Counted from the first letter of the stretch, positions 10,172 to 19,655 are shown. The stretch: DNA of 64,000 nt from Cupriavidus sp. (GCA_031181345.1 JAPSLC010000009.1:59532-123531), one strand, 5' to 3'. A program made the numbers and translations. Notes: generated from the sequence alone by a model not told the origin.

Positions 10172-10267
10172 CGGCGCGGAAATCGGCGCGGAAATCGGCG
10201 CGGAAATCGGCGCGGAAATCGGCGCAGGAATCGGCGCAGGAATCGGCACGGCAATCGGCGGGCGAAA
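10172..10267. repeat. 12-bp VNTR: CGGCGCGGAAAT x4, CGGCGCAGGAAT x2, plus two degenerate units
   Basis: Read directly from the sequence. Confidence 0.9.
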
Positions 10268-10411
10268 CGGGCCGGGCGACGGGGCGGAAAATCAGCATGT
10301 TGCTATGATAGCGGCCTGGCGCGGCCGTTCCGCGGCCGGCGGCAGCGCCTCCGCCGCTGTCCGGCTTTTCCCGACCTCCCTCGATTTCGTTCGATCCCTC
10401 CCGCTTCGAGG

Positions 10412-10470
10412 CAACCCTTCGACGCAACCCTTCGACGCAACCCTTCGACGCCAACCCTTCGACGCCAACC
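10412..10470. repeat. 13/14-bp tandem repeat CAACCCTTCGACG x4 abutting the moaC start codon
   Basis: Units at 10412, 10425, 10438 and 10452 (extra C at 10451), partial fifth unit ending 10470. Confidence 0.9.
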
Positions 10471-10947
10471 ATGAGCAAGCTCACTCACTTCGATACCGCC
10501 GGCCAAGCCCATATGGTGGATGTCGGTGGCAAGGACGCCACCCACCGCGTGGCGATCGCCACCGGCACCATCACGATGGCGCCGGAAACGTTCACGCTGG
10601 TACGCGACGGCACCGCCAAGAAGGGCGACGTGCTGGGCGTCGCGCGCATCGCCGGCATCATGGCCACCAAGCGCACCGCCGACCTGATTCCGCTATGCCA
10701 TCCGCTCGCGCTGACCAAGGTCGCGCTCGACTTCGCGCTGGACGAGGCGGCCAGTACCGTGCGCTGCACCGTGCGCGCCGAGACGCGCGGGCAGACCGGC
10801 GTCGAGATGGAAGCGCTGACCGGTGTGCAGGTCGCGCTGCTGACGATCTACGACATGTGCAAGGCCGCCGACCGCGGCATGGTGATGGGCGATATCCGCC
10901 TGCTGGAGAAGCATGGCGGCAAGTCGGGGGATTGGGTGGCGCAGTAA
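10471..10947 (+). CDS. moaC: cyclic pyranopterin monophosphate synthase
   Basis: LTHFD...[49 protein letters not shown]. Confidence 0.97.
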   Translation: MSKLTHFDTAGQAHMVDVGGKDATHRVAIATGTITMAPETFTLVRDGTAKKGDVLGVARIAGIMATKRTADLIPLCHPLALTKVALDFALDEAASTVRCTVRAETRGQTGVEMEALTGVQVALLTIYDMCKAADRGMVMGDIRLLEKHGGKSGDWVAQ

Positions 10948-10993
10948 GGCTGAGCGGCAGCGGACGGTCCATCACGCGGGCCGGCCGGCCCGG

Positions 10994-11953
10994 CTAGTGG
11001 TGCAGGCCGGCAGCGGCGGCGTGGCGCGCGCCCGAGGGCAGATTGGCCGCGGCGAGCAGCGCGCCGGCGAGCAGGTCCTGCCCTTCCGGGCTCAGGTGAA
11101 TGTCATCGAGATAGGCCACGTCCCGTGACCGGCGCTCGGCGTCGCGCATGCTGACGACCGGCACCTCGTATTCCTCGCACAGCCGGGAGAAGGCCTGCAG
11201 GCCGGCGGGCAGGCCGGCACCGTCCAGCTCGTGGCGCTCGTAGTGCTGCACCAACCGGACCTGCAGGCCGGCGCGCTTCGCCATCACGATCAGTTCGGCC
11301 AGATCGCGCAGCGAGGCGGCGCGATCGGCGTCGGTCGATTCCCGCGGCGGTCCCGACGATTGGTCCAGCCCCAGATAGGCGGGCAGATAGCGGGTGGCAC
11401 CTTCCACCAGCGCCGACAGCGGCGGCTGCGACGGATGGGTGTCCGGCCGCAGTGGCGCGTAGGTCGGCACATCGCCATAGTCGGCGCCGTTGACGACGAT
11501 GATCGCGGTATCGGCGTCGAGGAAGCCGAAGCGCCGCGCGTAGGCCAGCCAGTTGCCCGGGCCCCAGCTGAACGCCGCCACATTGCCGACGGTCGCCACG
11601 TGGCCGTCCTGGCCCAGCCGTACCCGCAATTGCTCGGTGGCGAGGCGCCCCTGGTCCACCTGCGCGCCGCCGTTGACGACCGAATCGCCGAACACCAGCA
11701 CGCGCCGCTCGCCGGGCGCGCGCTTCTTCGGCTCGAAATCTTCCGACCGCATGCCGAAGCGGTTGACCACATAGCGATGGCCGAAGCGCTTCACGCGCTG
11801 GTTGGGCTTGAGCAGATACTCGATTTCCGGATCGGTCTGATAGAGCGGCGGATCGCCCAGGCCGAGGCCGGCGCGCGCCAGCACCTCGGTGGTGATGACG
11901 GCCACCAGTCCCAGGACAGCCACCGTCAGGATCCTTCGCTTGCCAGTCCGCAT
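10994..11953 (-). CDS. membrane-anchored SGNH/GDSL hydrolase family protein
   Basis: N-terminal TM helix, block I VLVFGDSV, block II/III region (GNVAAFSWGPGN), block V DDIHLS; start MRTGKRR at 11953. Confidence 0.8.
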   Translation of the reverse strand: MRTGKRRILTVAVLGLVAVITTEVLARAGLGLGDPPLYQTDPEIEYLLKPNQRVKRFGHRYVVNRFGMRSEDFEPKKRAPGERRVLVFGDSVVNGGAQVDQGRLATEQLRVRLGQDGHVATVGNVAAFSWGPGNWLAYARRFGFLDADTAIIVVNGADYGDVPTYAPLRPDTHPSQPPLSALVEGATRYLPAYLGLDQSSGPPRESTDADRAASLRDLAELIVMAKRAGLQVRLVQHYERHELDGAGLPAGLQAFSRLCEEYEVPVVSMRDAERRSRDVAYLDDIHLSPEGQDLLAGALLAAANLPSGARHAAAAGLHH

Positions 11954-12112
11954 TCGTCTCTCCCGTGTGACACAGGCACCGGGCGAGTCTATGGGCCGGA
12001 ACTGGGGTGACAAATCGTGCCGACGGATGAAACACCGCGGGTCGGCGCTTCCCCGGAAACAACGGCTGCCGCGGCTTGCCGCAGCGCGGCGTTCCTCCTT
12101 CGGGCTACCGCC

Positions 12113-13966
12113 CTACCGTGGTATCGGTGTGCCGGCCCGGCGGCGCTGGACCCACTCGCAGAACGGCTGCGGCCGGCGGGCGGCGTCGACGCCGTCGCAA
12201 TAGCCAGCGACGCGTGCGAACTGGGCCGCCTCGTCGCCGCGATAGTAATAGCGCAGCCGCTCGAGCCATTCGCGTCCCTGCTCGGGCTCGCCGTTCAGCG
12301 CCAGCAGCCAGGCCCCGCGCGCGATCATCGTGGGTGTCGGCAACAGGTGGATCCCCGCGATATGCGCCGGCAGCCACGCATCGGCCCCGTCGGCGGTCAG
12401 CGGCGCAAGCTCGGCCCGGTGCGCCTCGGCATGCTGGCCGAACCAGAGGTTCGGCGCCGGCAAGGTGTCGACACGCGCCGGGCTGGCGTACTCGCGCGCC
12501 TCGACGCGGCGATAGTCCTGCCACATGGTGGCGAGGACCAGTAGCGCCACCACGCCGACAAGCGCCGGCCCGGCCGCGCCGAGCGCGCGCGGCATCCGGG
12601 ACACCGCCAGCGCCGCGGGCTCGAGCCATCCCAGCAGGAAACAGAACGGCAGCAGGAAGTACAGATAGTGCAGCGGGTATTCGAGCATCGAATGCGCGCA
12701 CAGCATCGCCAACCAGGTCAGCGCCGCCGCGGTGCGGGCGCGCTCCGCCGTATCGGCGCGCCACAGCCGCACGCGCACCACGCGCCATAGCCAGGCGGCC
12801 AGAAACAGCGCGACGCCGGCGGTGCCGACGATCCCGGTCTTGGCCAGCAGGTCCAGCACGGCGTTATGGGCGTGCAGCGACATCTCGACGACGACGCCGA
12901 GCCGCGCCATTTGCTCGAACTGCGCCCAGCCGAACTCGCCCCAGCCGACGCCGAACCAGGGATGCGCGACGAACATCGCCCAGGCATGCGCCCACAGCGC
13001 GCCGCGCGCGGATATCTGGTCGCCGGCCTGCAGTTGCGCCATGGTGTCGAACAGCGACCAGCCGAACGCCTGCCCCGCCGCCTTGATCGCGGGCTGCAGC
13101 ACCATCAGCATGGCCACCAGCGCCGCGGCGGCGAACACCAGCCCGGCGGGGGCGCGCAGGCTCCAACGGCCGGACGCCGACGCAGAAGCCGACGCAGAAG
13201 CCGCCCCCTGCGCGGAGCGGGCCAACCAGGCCGCGATCAGCGCATAGCAGGCGGCCAGCCCCACGTGCAGCACGCCGGTGCGCGAGCCGGACAGCACCAC
13301 ACCGCTCTCGATCAGCGCCACCGCGACGAGCCACGGCACCGCGCGCAACTTGCCGCGCGAGGCCAGCCACACCGACGCCGCCAGCGCCAGCCCATGCACG
13401 CTCGCCTGGTGGTTGGGCTGGTTCAGATTGCCCCATAGCCGGCGATTGGCGTCGTAGAAGTAGTCGGACACGAGCCCGAAGCTGTCGCTCTCGAGCCGGA
13501 ACAATTGCACCCATTGGGCGAGCGTGCCGAACAGCCCTGCCGCCACCCAGGCCGTCGCCAACGCGGTCAGCACCGCGTCGGCATCGAACGCACGGCGGTA
13601 GCGATGGCCGGCCCAGATCGCACCGGTAGCGAGCAGCAAGGCGGCCAGCGTCAGGCTGCGGCTGCCCGTCACGTCGGGTTGCCCGGCCAGCCTGGCACCG
13701 GCGCCCAGCGCGATCAGCCACAGGCAGAACGCGGCCACGAGCGGAACGCCGCCGGCGGTGGTGGCACCACCGGCAGCACCGGTGCCGGTGCCGGTGCGCA
13801 GCTTGGCCGACCACAGCACCAGCACGACGAAGGCCAATGCCGACGCCCACTCGCCGTAGAAGGTGGCCAGCGGCAAGGTGTGTTTGGAGACCAGCGGCGG
13901 CAACGCGACGGCCATCGCCAACAGCGGGCACGCCAACGCCAGCGCTACGTTCCTGCGCAAATTCAC
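12113..13966 (-). CDS. pglL: PglL-family O-oligosaccharyltransferase (Wzy_C domain)
   Basis: Multi-pass membrane protein with GNLNQPNH, SGSRTG, HPWFGVGWGEF, HAHNAVLDLL, HSMLEYPLHY motifs; GTG start at 13966 inferred; adjacent to a pilin gene. Confidence 0.85.
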   Translation of the reverse strand: MNLRRNVALALACPLLAMAVALPPLVSKHTLPLATFYGEWASALAFVVLVLWSAKLRTGTGTGAAGGATTAGGVPLVAAFCLWLIALGAGARLAGQPDVTGSRSLTLAALLLATGAIWAGHRYRRAFDADAVLTALATAWVAAGLFGTLAQWVQLFRLESDSFGLVSDYFYDANRRLWGNLNQPNHQASVHGLALAASVWLASRGKLRAVPWLVAVALIESGVVLSGSRTGVLHVGLAACYALIAAWLARSAQGAASASASASASGRWSLRAPAGLVFAAAALVAMLMVLQPAIKAAGQAFGWSLFDTMAQLQAGDQISARGALWAHAWAMFVAHPWFGVGWGEFGWAQFEQMARLGVVVEMSLHAHNAVLDLLAKTGIVGTAGVALFLAAWLWRVVRVRLWRADTAERARTAAALTWLAMLCAHSMLEYPLHYLYFLLPFCFLLGWLEPAALAVSRMPRALGAAGPALVGVVALLVLATMWQDYRRVEAREYASPARVDTLPAPNLWFGQHAEAHRAELAPLTADGADAWLPAHIAGIHLLPTPTMIARGAWLLALNGEPEQGREWLERLRYYYRGDEAAQFARVAGYCDGVDAARRPQPFCEWVQRRRAGTPIPR

Positions 13967-14075
13967 ATTCGATTCCCAACGAAGGCGACATGCCGATGGG
14001 CACGTCGCCGAGATGATCCTTGCGCAGTCCGGCATGGCCCGCGCATCCGGCTGCGACACCGGCTTCGCTACCCGA

Positions 14076-14633
14076 CTACGCCCTCGCCTGCGATGTATCG
14101 GCGGGCGACTGGCTGCTCCTGAGGACATACTGCCTGGCCACCGCGTTCTCGATCGTGGTGGCGATCTCCCAGCTGACCGACGTCGCGTTGACCGATGGCC
14201 GCAGCGTGATGTCCCTGCCGTCGACCCCGGCGCCAAGGCCGCTGGCCGCCAGCGTCAGCGTGATCACGCCCGGGCCGCTGACGCTTGCCTGCGCGATCTC
14301 GCGGTTCGGTGCGAATGACGGGATCGCGGCGGCCGCGTTGTCGTCATTGCAATCGTCCAGCACGCCGCCCGCTTCCTGCGCGCACAGGCTGACCGCCATT
14401 TTCAGGGGCGCGGCCGCCGTCAGCACGCTCGACAGCCTGGCCCGAATTGTATCGTCCCGATATTGCGGCACCGCGATGGCGGCGAGGATGCCGATGATGG
14501 CGACCACCACCATCAACTCGATCAGCGTGAAGGCCCGATGGGCGTGATGGGTCCGATGGGCGCGACAGGTCCGATGGGCGCGATGGGCGCGATCAGGGCG
14601 GCAGCCCTGCGGCAAGCGTGCGGCGACTGGCAT
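14076..14633 (-). CDS. type IV pilin / prepilin-like protein
   Basis: A|FTLIELMVVVAIIGILAAIAVPQY N-methylation motif; GGGAG SD 7 nt before ATG 14633. Confidence 0.88.
   Translation of the reverse strand: MPVAARLPQGCRPDRAHRAHRTCRAHRTHHAHRAFTLIELMVVVAIIGILAAIAVPQYRDDTIRARLSSVLTAAAPLKMAVSLCAQEAGGVLDDCNDDNAAAAIPSFAPNREIAQASVSGPGVITLTLAASGLGAGVDGRDITLRPSVNATSVSWEIATTIENAVARQYVLRSSQSPADTSQARA
14537..14599. repeat. 9-bp degenerate tandem repeat (GATGGGCGC consensus, about 7 units) encoding (H-R-A/T)n in the prepilin leader
   Basis: Units start at 14537, 14546, 14555, 14564, 14573, 14582, 14591. Confidence 0.8.
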
Positions 14634-14789
14634 GGCGCGACTCCCGAATGGTTGGAAGGCCGACAGTATCGAGCCGGCGGACCGCCCTTCGCCGTCCATT
14701 CACAAAATTTGGCATCGAGGCGTTGCGCGCACAGCCGGCTCGCGCGCCCGGATCATGTGGACGGGTCATGCGCCCGATTAGCGCGCATG

Positions 14790-14823
14790 AAAAAAGCCCG
14801 GCAACGCTGGGGCGTGCCGGGCT
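14790..14823 (-). terminator. intrinsic terminator after terC
   Basis: GCCCGGCA / TGCCGGGC stem (14796-14822) followed by T6 on the minus strand. Confidence 0.8.
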
Positions 14824-14876
14824 CGGTTCGCATCGCCGCGCCCGCCCGACGAAGGGCAAGGGCGCCGCGCGGGGCG

Positions 14877-15572
14877 TCAGGCGGTCTGCGTGCTGCGCTT
14901 CTGCATCAGCTTGCCGATCACCACCACCAGGATCGCGCCGATTGCGCCGAACACCAGGTGGGCGTGGGGCACGTGCACCTCGAACCAGGCGGCGTCGACC
15001 GGATCGCTGACCAGCATCTCGCCGGCCAGATAGCCGAGCAGCGCGGCACCGGCCACGATGATCACCGGGAAGCGCTCCATCACCTTCAGCAGCAACGTGC
15101 TGCCGAACACGATCAGCGGGATCGACAGGCCCAGGCCGATCACCAGCAGCAGGAACTGGCTGCCCTCGGGGCCTTTCTGCGCGGCGGCGGCGACCGCCAC
15201 CACGTTGTCCAGCGACATCACCAGGTCGGCGATCAGGATGGTGCGAATCGCGGCCCAGATATTGTCCTTGGCGTCGTGGCCTTCCTCGCCGTCATCGCCG
15301 GTCAGCAGCTGCACGCCGATATAGACCAGCAGGATCGCGCCAATGATCTTCAGGTACGGCAGGCTCAGCAGCTTGACCGCCGCGACGGTCAGCACCACGC
15401 GCATGATGATCGCGGCGGCGCTGCCCCAGAAGATCGCGCGCTTCTGCTGGGCCGGCGGCAGGTTGCGCGAGGCCAGCGCGATCACGACGGCGTTGTCGCC
15501 GGACAGCACGATGTTGGTCAGGATGATGGATCCCAGTGCGATCCAGAACGTGGTGGACGACAGCAATTCCAC
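14877..15572 (-). CDS. TerC family membrane protein
   Basis: NIVLSGDNAVVIALASRNLP, ADLVMSLDNVVAVA motifs; GTG start with GAGGAG SD. Confidence 0.92.
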   Translation of the reverse strand: MELLSSTTFWIALGSIILTNIVLSGDNAVVIALASRNLPPAQQKRAIFWGSAAAIIMRVVLTVAAVKLLSLPYLKIIGAILLVYIGVQLLTGDDGEEGHDAKDNIWAAIRTILIADLVMSLDNVVAVAAAAQKGPEGSQFLLLVIGLGLSIPLIVFGSTLLLKVMERFPVIIVAGAALLGYLAGEMLVSDPVDAAWFEVHVPHAHLVFGAIGAILVVVIGKLMQKRSTQTA

Positions 15573-15785
15573 TGCGTGGCTCCTCGAAGTCGATATTGGA
15601 ATTGGAATGAAGACGGGTGTCGGGGTCCCGGCGCATCAGCGCGGCGGTTCGTCCCCAGCGCGATTGAGGCCTTTCGGATGTCTGACGCCCAAGACATGGA
15701 GATGTACCGCAGCAACCTTTCGATTCGATTTCAACAAAACGGCAAATACATCAGAGAATGATCTATTTTTGGCTCCAGTGGCGCC

Positions 15786-15821
15786 AAAACGACAATGCCC
15801 TCGCGAGAAGCGAGGGCATTG
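15786..15821 (-). terminator. intrinsic terminator after sucD
   Basis: 12-bp perfect stem CAATGCCCTCGC / GCGAGGGCATTG (15793-15821), followed by TCGTTTT on the minus strand. Confidence 0.72.
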
Positions 15822-15898
15822 CAGGGGCGCCGCGGCGGACCGCGGGGCCGGCCGGTGAGCCGGCAAAGATGGGCCGGCAACGCCGGCCCCGACCCGTA

Positions 15899-16780
15899 TT
15901 ACAGGATCGACTTCAGCAGACGGCCCATTTCCGACGGGTTCTTGGTGACCTTGATGCCGCAGGCCTCCATGATCTCCAGCTTGGCCTGCGCCGTGTCGGC
16001 ACCGCCCGAGATCAGCGCGCCGGCGTGGCCCATGCGCTTGCCCGGAGGCGCCGTCACGCCGGCGATGAAGCCGACCACCGGCTTCTTCATGTTGTCCTTG
16101 ATCCAGTAGGCGGCATTGGCCTCGTCCGGACCGCCGATCTCGCCGATCATCACGACGGCATCCGTGTCCGGATCGTCGTTGAACATCTTCATCACGTCGA
16201 TGTGCTTCAGGCCGTTGATCGGGTCGCCGCCGATGCCGACGGCTGACGACTGGCCCAGGCCCAGCGCGGTCAGCTGGCCCACGGCTTCATAGGTCAGCGT
16301 GCCCGAGCGCGACACCACGCCGATGCGGCCCTTCTTGTGGATGTGGCCCGGCATGATGCCGATCTTGATTTCGTCCGGCGTGATCAGCCCCGGGCAGTTC
16401 GGTCCGAGCAGCAGCGTCTTCTTGTTTTCGCGGCGCATGCGGTCCTTGACTTCCATCATGTCGCGCACGGGGATGCCTTCGGTAATGCAGACCACCAGGT
16501 CCAGGTCCGCGTCGACGGCTTCCCAGATCGCGGCGGCGGCGCCTGCGGGCGGGACGTAGATCACCGACACGGTGGCGCCGGTCTGTTCCTTCGCTTCCTT
16601 GACGCTGGCGTAGATGGGAATGCCCTCGAAGTCCTCGCCGGCCTTCTTCGGGTTCACGCCGGCAACGAACGCGTTCTTGCCGTTGGCATAGTCGCGGCAG
16701 CCACGGGTGTGGAACTGGCCGGTCTTGCCGGTAATACCTTGGGTGATGACCTTGGTGTCTTTGTTGATCAGAATCGACAT
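15899..16780 (-). CDS. sucD: succinate-CoA ligase subunit alpha
   Basis: [43 protein letters not shown]. Confidence 0.98.
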   Translation of the reverse strand: MSILINKDTKVITQGITGKTGQFHTRGCRDYANGKNAFVAGVNPKKAGEDFEGIPIYASVKEAKEQTGATVSVIYVPPAGAAAAIWEAVDADLDLVVCITEGIPVRDMMEVKDRMRRENKKTLLLGPNCPGLITPDEIKIGIMPGHIHKKGRIGVVSRSGTLTYEAVGQLTALGLGQSSAVGIGGDPINGLKHIDVMKMFNDDPDTDAVVMIGEIGGPDEANAAYWIKDNMKKPVVGFIAGVTAPPGKRMGHAGALISGGADTAQAKLEIMEACGIKVTKNPSEMGRLLKSIL

Positions 16781-16853
16781 GCTGTAATCCTTTGCTTGGC
16801 TGTCGCGGCGGGCGCCGGGCGCCACGCCGCTCGCTTTCGGTTTCGCGTCTGGC

Positions 16854-18020
16854 TTACTTGCCCGCGGCCGCGGCCACCACCTTCTGGGCCGCTTCTTCCA
16901 TGGTGTCGGCGGAGATGATGGGCAGGCCCGACTCGGCCAGCATCTTCTTGCCGAGATCTTCGTTGGTACCCTTCATGCGGACCACCAGCGGCACGCCGAG
17001 CTGCACCGCCTTCGAGGCCGAGATCACGCCTTCGGCGATCACGTCGCAGCGCATGATGCCGCCGAAGATGTTGACCAGGATGGCCTGCACGTTCGGGTTC
17101 TTCAGCATCAGCTTGAAGGCCTCGGTCACCTTCTCGGTGGTGGCGCCGCCGCCCACGTCGAGGAAGTTGGCCGGCTCGCCGCCGAACAGCTTGATGGTGT
17201 CCATGGTGGCCATTGCCAGGCCGGCCCCGTTGACCAGGCAGCCGATATTGCCGTCGAGCGAGATGTAGGCCAGGTCGAACTTCGAGGCTTCGATTTCAGC
17301 CGGATCTTCTTCGTCCAGGTCGCGGTAGGCGACGATTTCCGGGTGGCGGAACAGCGCGTTCGAGTCGAAGTTGAACTTGGCGTCGAGCGCGATCACCTTG
17401 CCGTCGCCGGTCAGGATCATCGGGTTGATTTCGGCCAGCGAAGCGTCGGTCTCCCAGAACGCCTTGTACAGGCCCTGCAGCGCCTGGCGGGCTTGCGACA
17501 GGCTCGCGTCGGGCACGCCGATCTTGCGGGCGATGTCGTCGGCGTCCTTGTCGGTCAGGCCGATCGACGGCTCGATGATCAGCGTGTGGATCTTCTCCGG
17601 CGTCTGCGCGGCCACTTCCTCGATGTCCATGCCGCCTTCGCTCGAGGCCATCAGCGCGACCTTCTGCGACACGCGGTCCACCACCAGGCTGACGTACAGC
17701 TCCTTCTTGATGTCCGCGCCTTCTTCGATCAGCAGGCGGTTGACCTTCTTGCCTTCCGGACCGGTCTGGTGCGTGACCAGCTGCATGCCCAGGATGTTGC
17801 TGGCGTAGGTCTTGACCTCGTCCAGGCTCTTGGCCACCTTGACGCCGCCACCCTTGCCGCGACCGCCGGCGTGAATCTGCGCCTTGACGACCCACACCGG
17901 GCCGCCAAGCTGTTCGGCCGCCTTCAGCGCTTCTTCGACCGAGAATGCGGGGATACCGCGGGGAACCGGCACATTGTATTTGCGCAGGATTTCCTTGCCT
18001 TGGTACTCATGGATATTCAT
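16854..18020 (-). CDS. sucC: succinate-CoA ligase subunit beta
   Basis: [45 protein letters not shown]. Confidence 0.98.
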   Translation of the reverse strand: MNIHEYQGKEILRKYNVPVPRGIPAFSVEEALKAAEQLGGPVWVVKAQIHAGGRGKGGGVKVAKSLDEVKTYASNILGMQLVTHQTGPEGKKVNRLLIEEGADIKKELYVSLVVDRVSQKVALMASSEGGMDIEEVAAQTPEKIHTLIIEPSIGLTDKDADDIARKIGVPDASLSQARQALQGLYKAFWETDASLAEINPMILTGDGKVIALDAKFNFDSNALFRHPEIVAYRDLDEEDPAEIEASKFDLAYISLDGNIGCLVNGAGLAMATMDTIKLFGGEPANFLDVGGGATTEKVTEAFKLMLKNPNVQAILVNIFGGIMRCDVIAEGVISASKAVQLGVPLVVRMKGTNEDLGKKMLAESGLPIISADTMEEAAQKVVAAAAGK

Positions 18021-18122
18021 GCGTGTTTCCTTTCGGGTAGGCGTAAATGGGTAGAAAAGCCGGGTAGTAAAGCGTGGTGATAAAGCGGGAGAGGCCGAGA
18101 TCTCGGTGGGGATCGCGGAACC

Positions 18123-18803
18123 TCACCCCGAGGTTCCGGTGGACCGCTGCGAGGCGACCCCGTCGTCGTCGGCAATCGTCTGCGGTGACTGCGGTGACTG
18201 TGGCGGCGAGGCCGGGGGCGCATCGGCCAGGGCTCTCGGTTTGGGCTGGTGTCCGTACCAGCGCGGATAAAACTGGCGAACCACTTCCCCTTCGAAATGC
18301 AGCGCATGGCAACCATGCAGCTGATAGGGCGGTTCGGGATTGCTGTCGTCGCTGGCGCCGTCGCGAATCTTGAAGACGTCGCCAGCAAAGGCCTGGATTG
18401 CCGTCGTCGGCAGGATCCCGGCCAGTTCGGTCAGATGGGTGCAGCCGGCCACGCCGCCCAGGCGCTCGCGCACGGCCTTGCGGAAACCCTTCATCAGGTT
18501 CAGGCCGATCAGCTGGCGGTAGGCCGGGCCGATGGTGTCGCAGTGGTCGGGATAGGGCACCCAGTCGGAGCAGGCATCGGCGTCGACCACGTTCATGCGC
18601 AGGTCGATGGTCACGCGCAGCCACAGGTCGTGCAGCGGTTGCCCGATCGGCCGGACGCCGCCGCCGGCGAGCGGAATGTCGCGGGGCTTGGTGTCGGTGA
18701 GCCGGGCCTCGATGTCCCACAGGCCGTCTTCGCGGAGATACGCCTCGGCCGTGATGGCGCGACGATGACGCAGGGCGCGATTGACGGGGGCGGAAAGCGG
18801 CAT
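18123..18803 (-). CDS. DUF2889-like conserved protein
   Basis: HRRAITAEAYLREDGLWDIEA, HDLWLRVTID, GGVAGCTHL, GCHAL; start MPLSAPV at 18803. Confidence 0.8.
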   Translation of the reverse strand: MPLSAPVNRALRHRRAITAEAYLREDGLWDIEARLTDTKPRDIPLAGGGVRPIGQPLHDLWLRVTIDLRMNVVDADACSDWVPYPDHCDTIGPAYRQLIGLNLMKGFRKAVRERLGGVAGCTHLTELAGILPTTAIQAFAGDVFKIRDGASDDSNPEPPYQLHGCHALHFEGEVVRQFYPRWYGHQPKPRALADAPPASPPQSPQSPQTIADDDGVASQRSTGTSG

Positions 18804-19037
18804 GGCACCAGGCTGTGACAAGGGAAGACGCGGCGGAACCGGCGCCTGAAGACGATTTGCTGCGGGCGCACGAATTCGCGCCGCGCTTGCGGAAAACTCG
18901 TGGAGTTTAACATGCCGGATCGCATTGGCCGGGAATACCCGGATGTGTGCGGTGTCGAGCCGGATTGTCGGCGCGGATGATCTGGCTACCGCGGCGTCTG
19001 CATCACACTCTGCACGCCGGCAAATCCGGCACGCGGT

Positions 19038-19505
19038 TCACTCGGCCTCCTCGTCCGGCGGCCGCTCGGCATCGCGGATCACGCGGCTGATCGCCGCCTG
19101 GGAGAACCCGCGCGCCGTCAGGAAGCGCAACTGCCTGGCCTTCTCTTCCGGCGTGGCCGGCGCAACGCCGAAGCGCTTGCGCCAGACCTCACGCGCCCGC
19201 TCGAGCTCGGTCGCGCGCAGCTGCTGCTGCAGGTCGGCCAGTTGCTCGCCGTCGAGCTGGTGGGTGCGGGCCTCCTGCATGACCCGGGACGCGCCATAGC
19301 GGCTGGCGCGCCGGTGCACCAGGCTCTCGGCAAAGCGGGCGTTCGACAGCCAGTTCTCGCGCTCCAGCGCATCGAGCAGGCGCTCCAGCTCCTCGGGCGA
19401 CTCGGCATGCGGCGCCAGCTTGCGCGCCAGCTCCGCGCGGCTATGCTCGCGGCGCGACAGATAGCCGACCGCGCGCGCTTTGAGGGACAGGGGGGGACGC
19501 GGCAT
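19038..19505 (-). CDS. recX: recombination regulator RecX
   Basis: SLKARAVGYLSRREHSRAEL, WLSNARFA, RFLTARGF; downstream of recA. Confidence 0.95.
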   Translation of the reverse strand: MPRPPLSLKARAVGYLSRREHSRAELARKLAPHAESPEELERLLDALERENWLSNARFAESLVHRRASRYGASRVMQEARTHQLDGEQLADLQQQLRATELERAREVWRKRFGVAPATPEEKARQLRFLTARGFSQAAISRVIRDAERPPDEEAE

Positions 19506-19538
19506 GAAGGAGCGAGAGGACGCGAATCAGCGGGGGGA

Positions 19539-19655
19539 CTCCCCTCTCCCGCTTGCGGGAGAGGGGCTGGGGGAGAGAGCAGCGGCGCTCGGCATGCAAC
19601 CGCGTTTGAAACCACCCCTTTCCCCAACCCTCTCCCCCCTGAGGGGGAAAGGGAG
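19539..19655. repeat. REP-like palindromic element, family A (inverted pair)
   Basis: CTCCCCTCTCCCGCTTGCGGGAGAGGGGCTGGGGGAGAG (19539-19577) and a degenerate inverted copy at 19618-19655 in the recA-recX spacer. Confidence 0.78.

Noticed and set aside
10172-10470. CRISPR array
   Set aside because: Repeats are 12-14 bp, directly tandem, with no unique spacers and no cas genes.
15573-15780. yybP-ykoY (Mn2+) riboswitch in the terC leader
   Set aside because: Expected by gene context, but I could not find the conserved GGGGAGUAG-type and CAUAC/UCAA-type loop motifs; only a short ATGTCT/AGACAT hairpin. An Infernal search with RF00080 would settle it.
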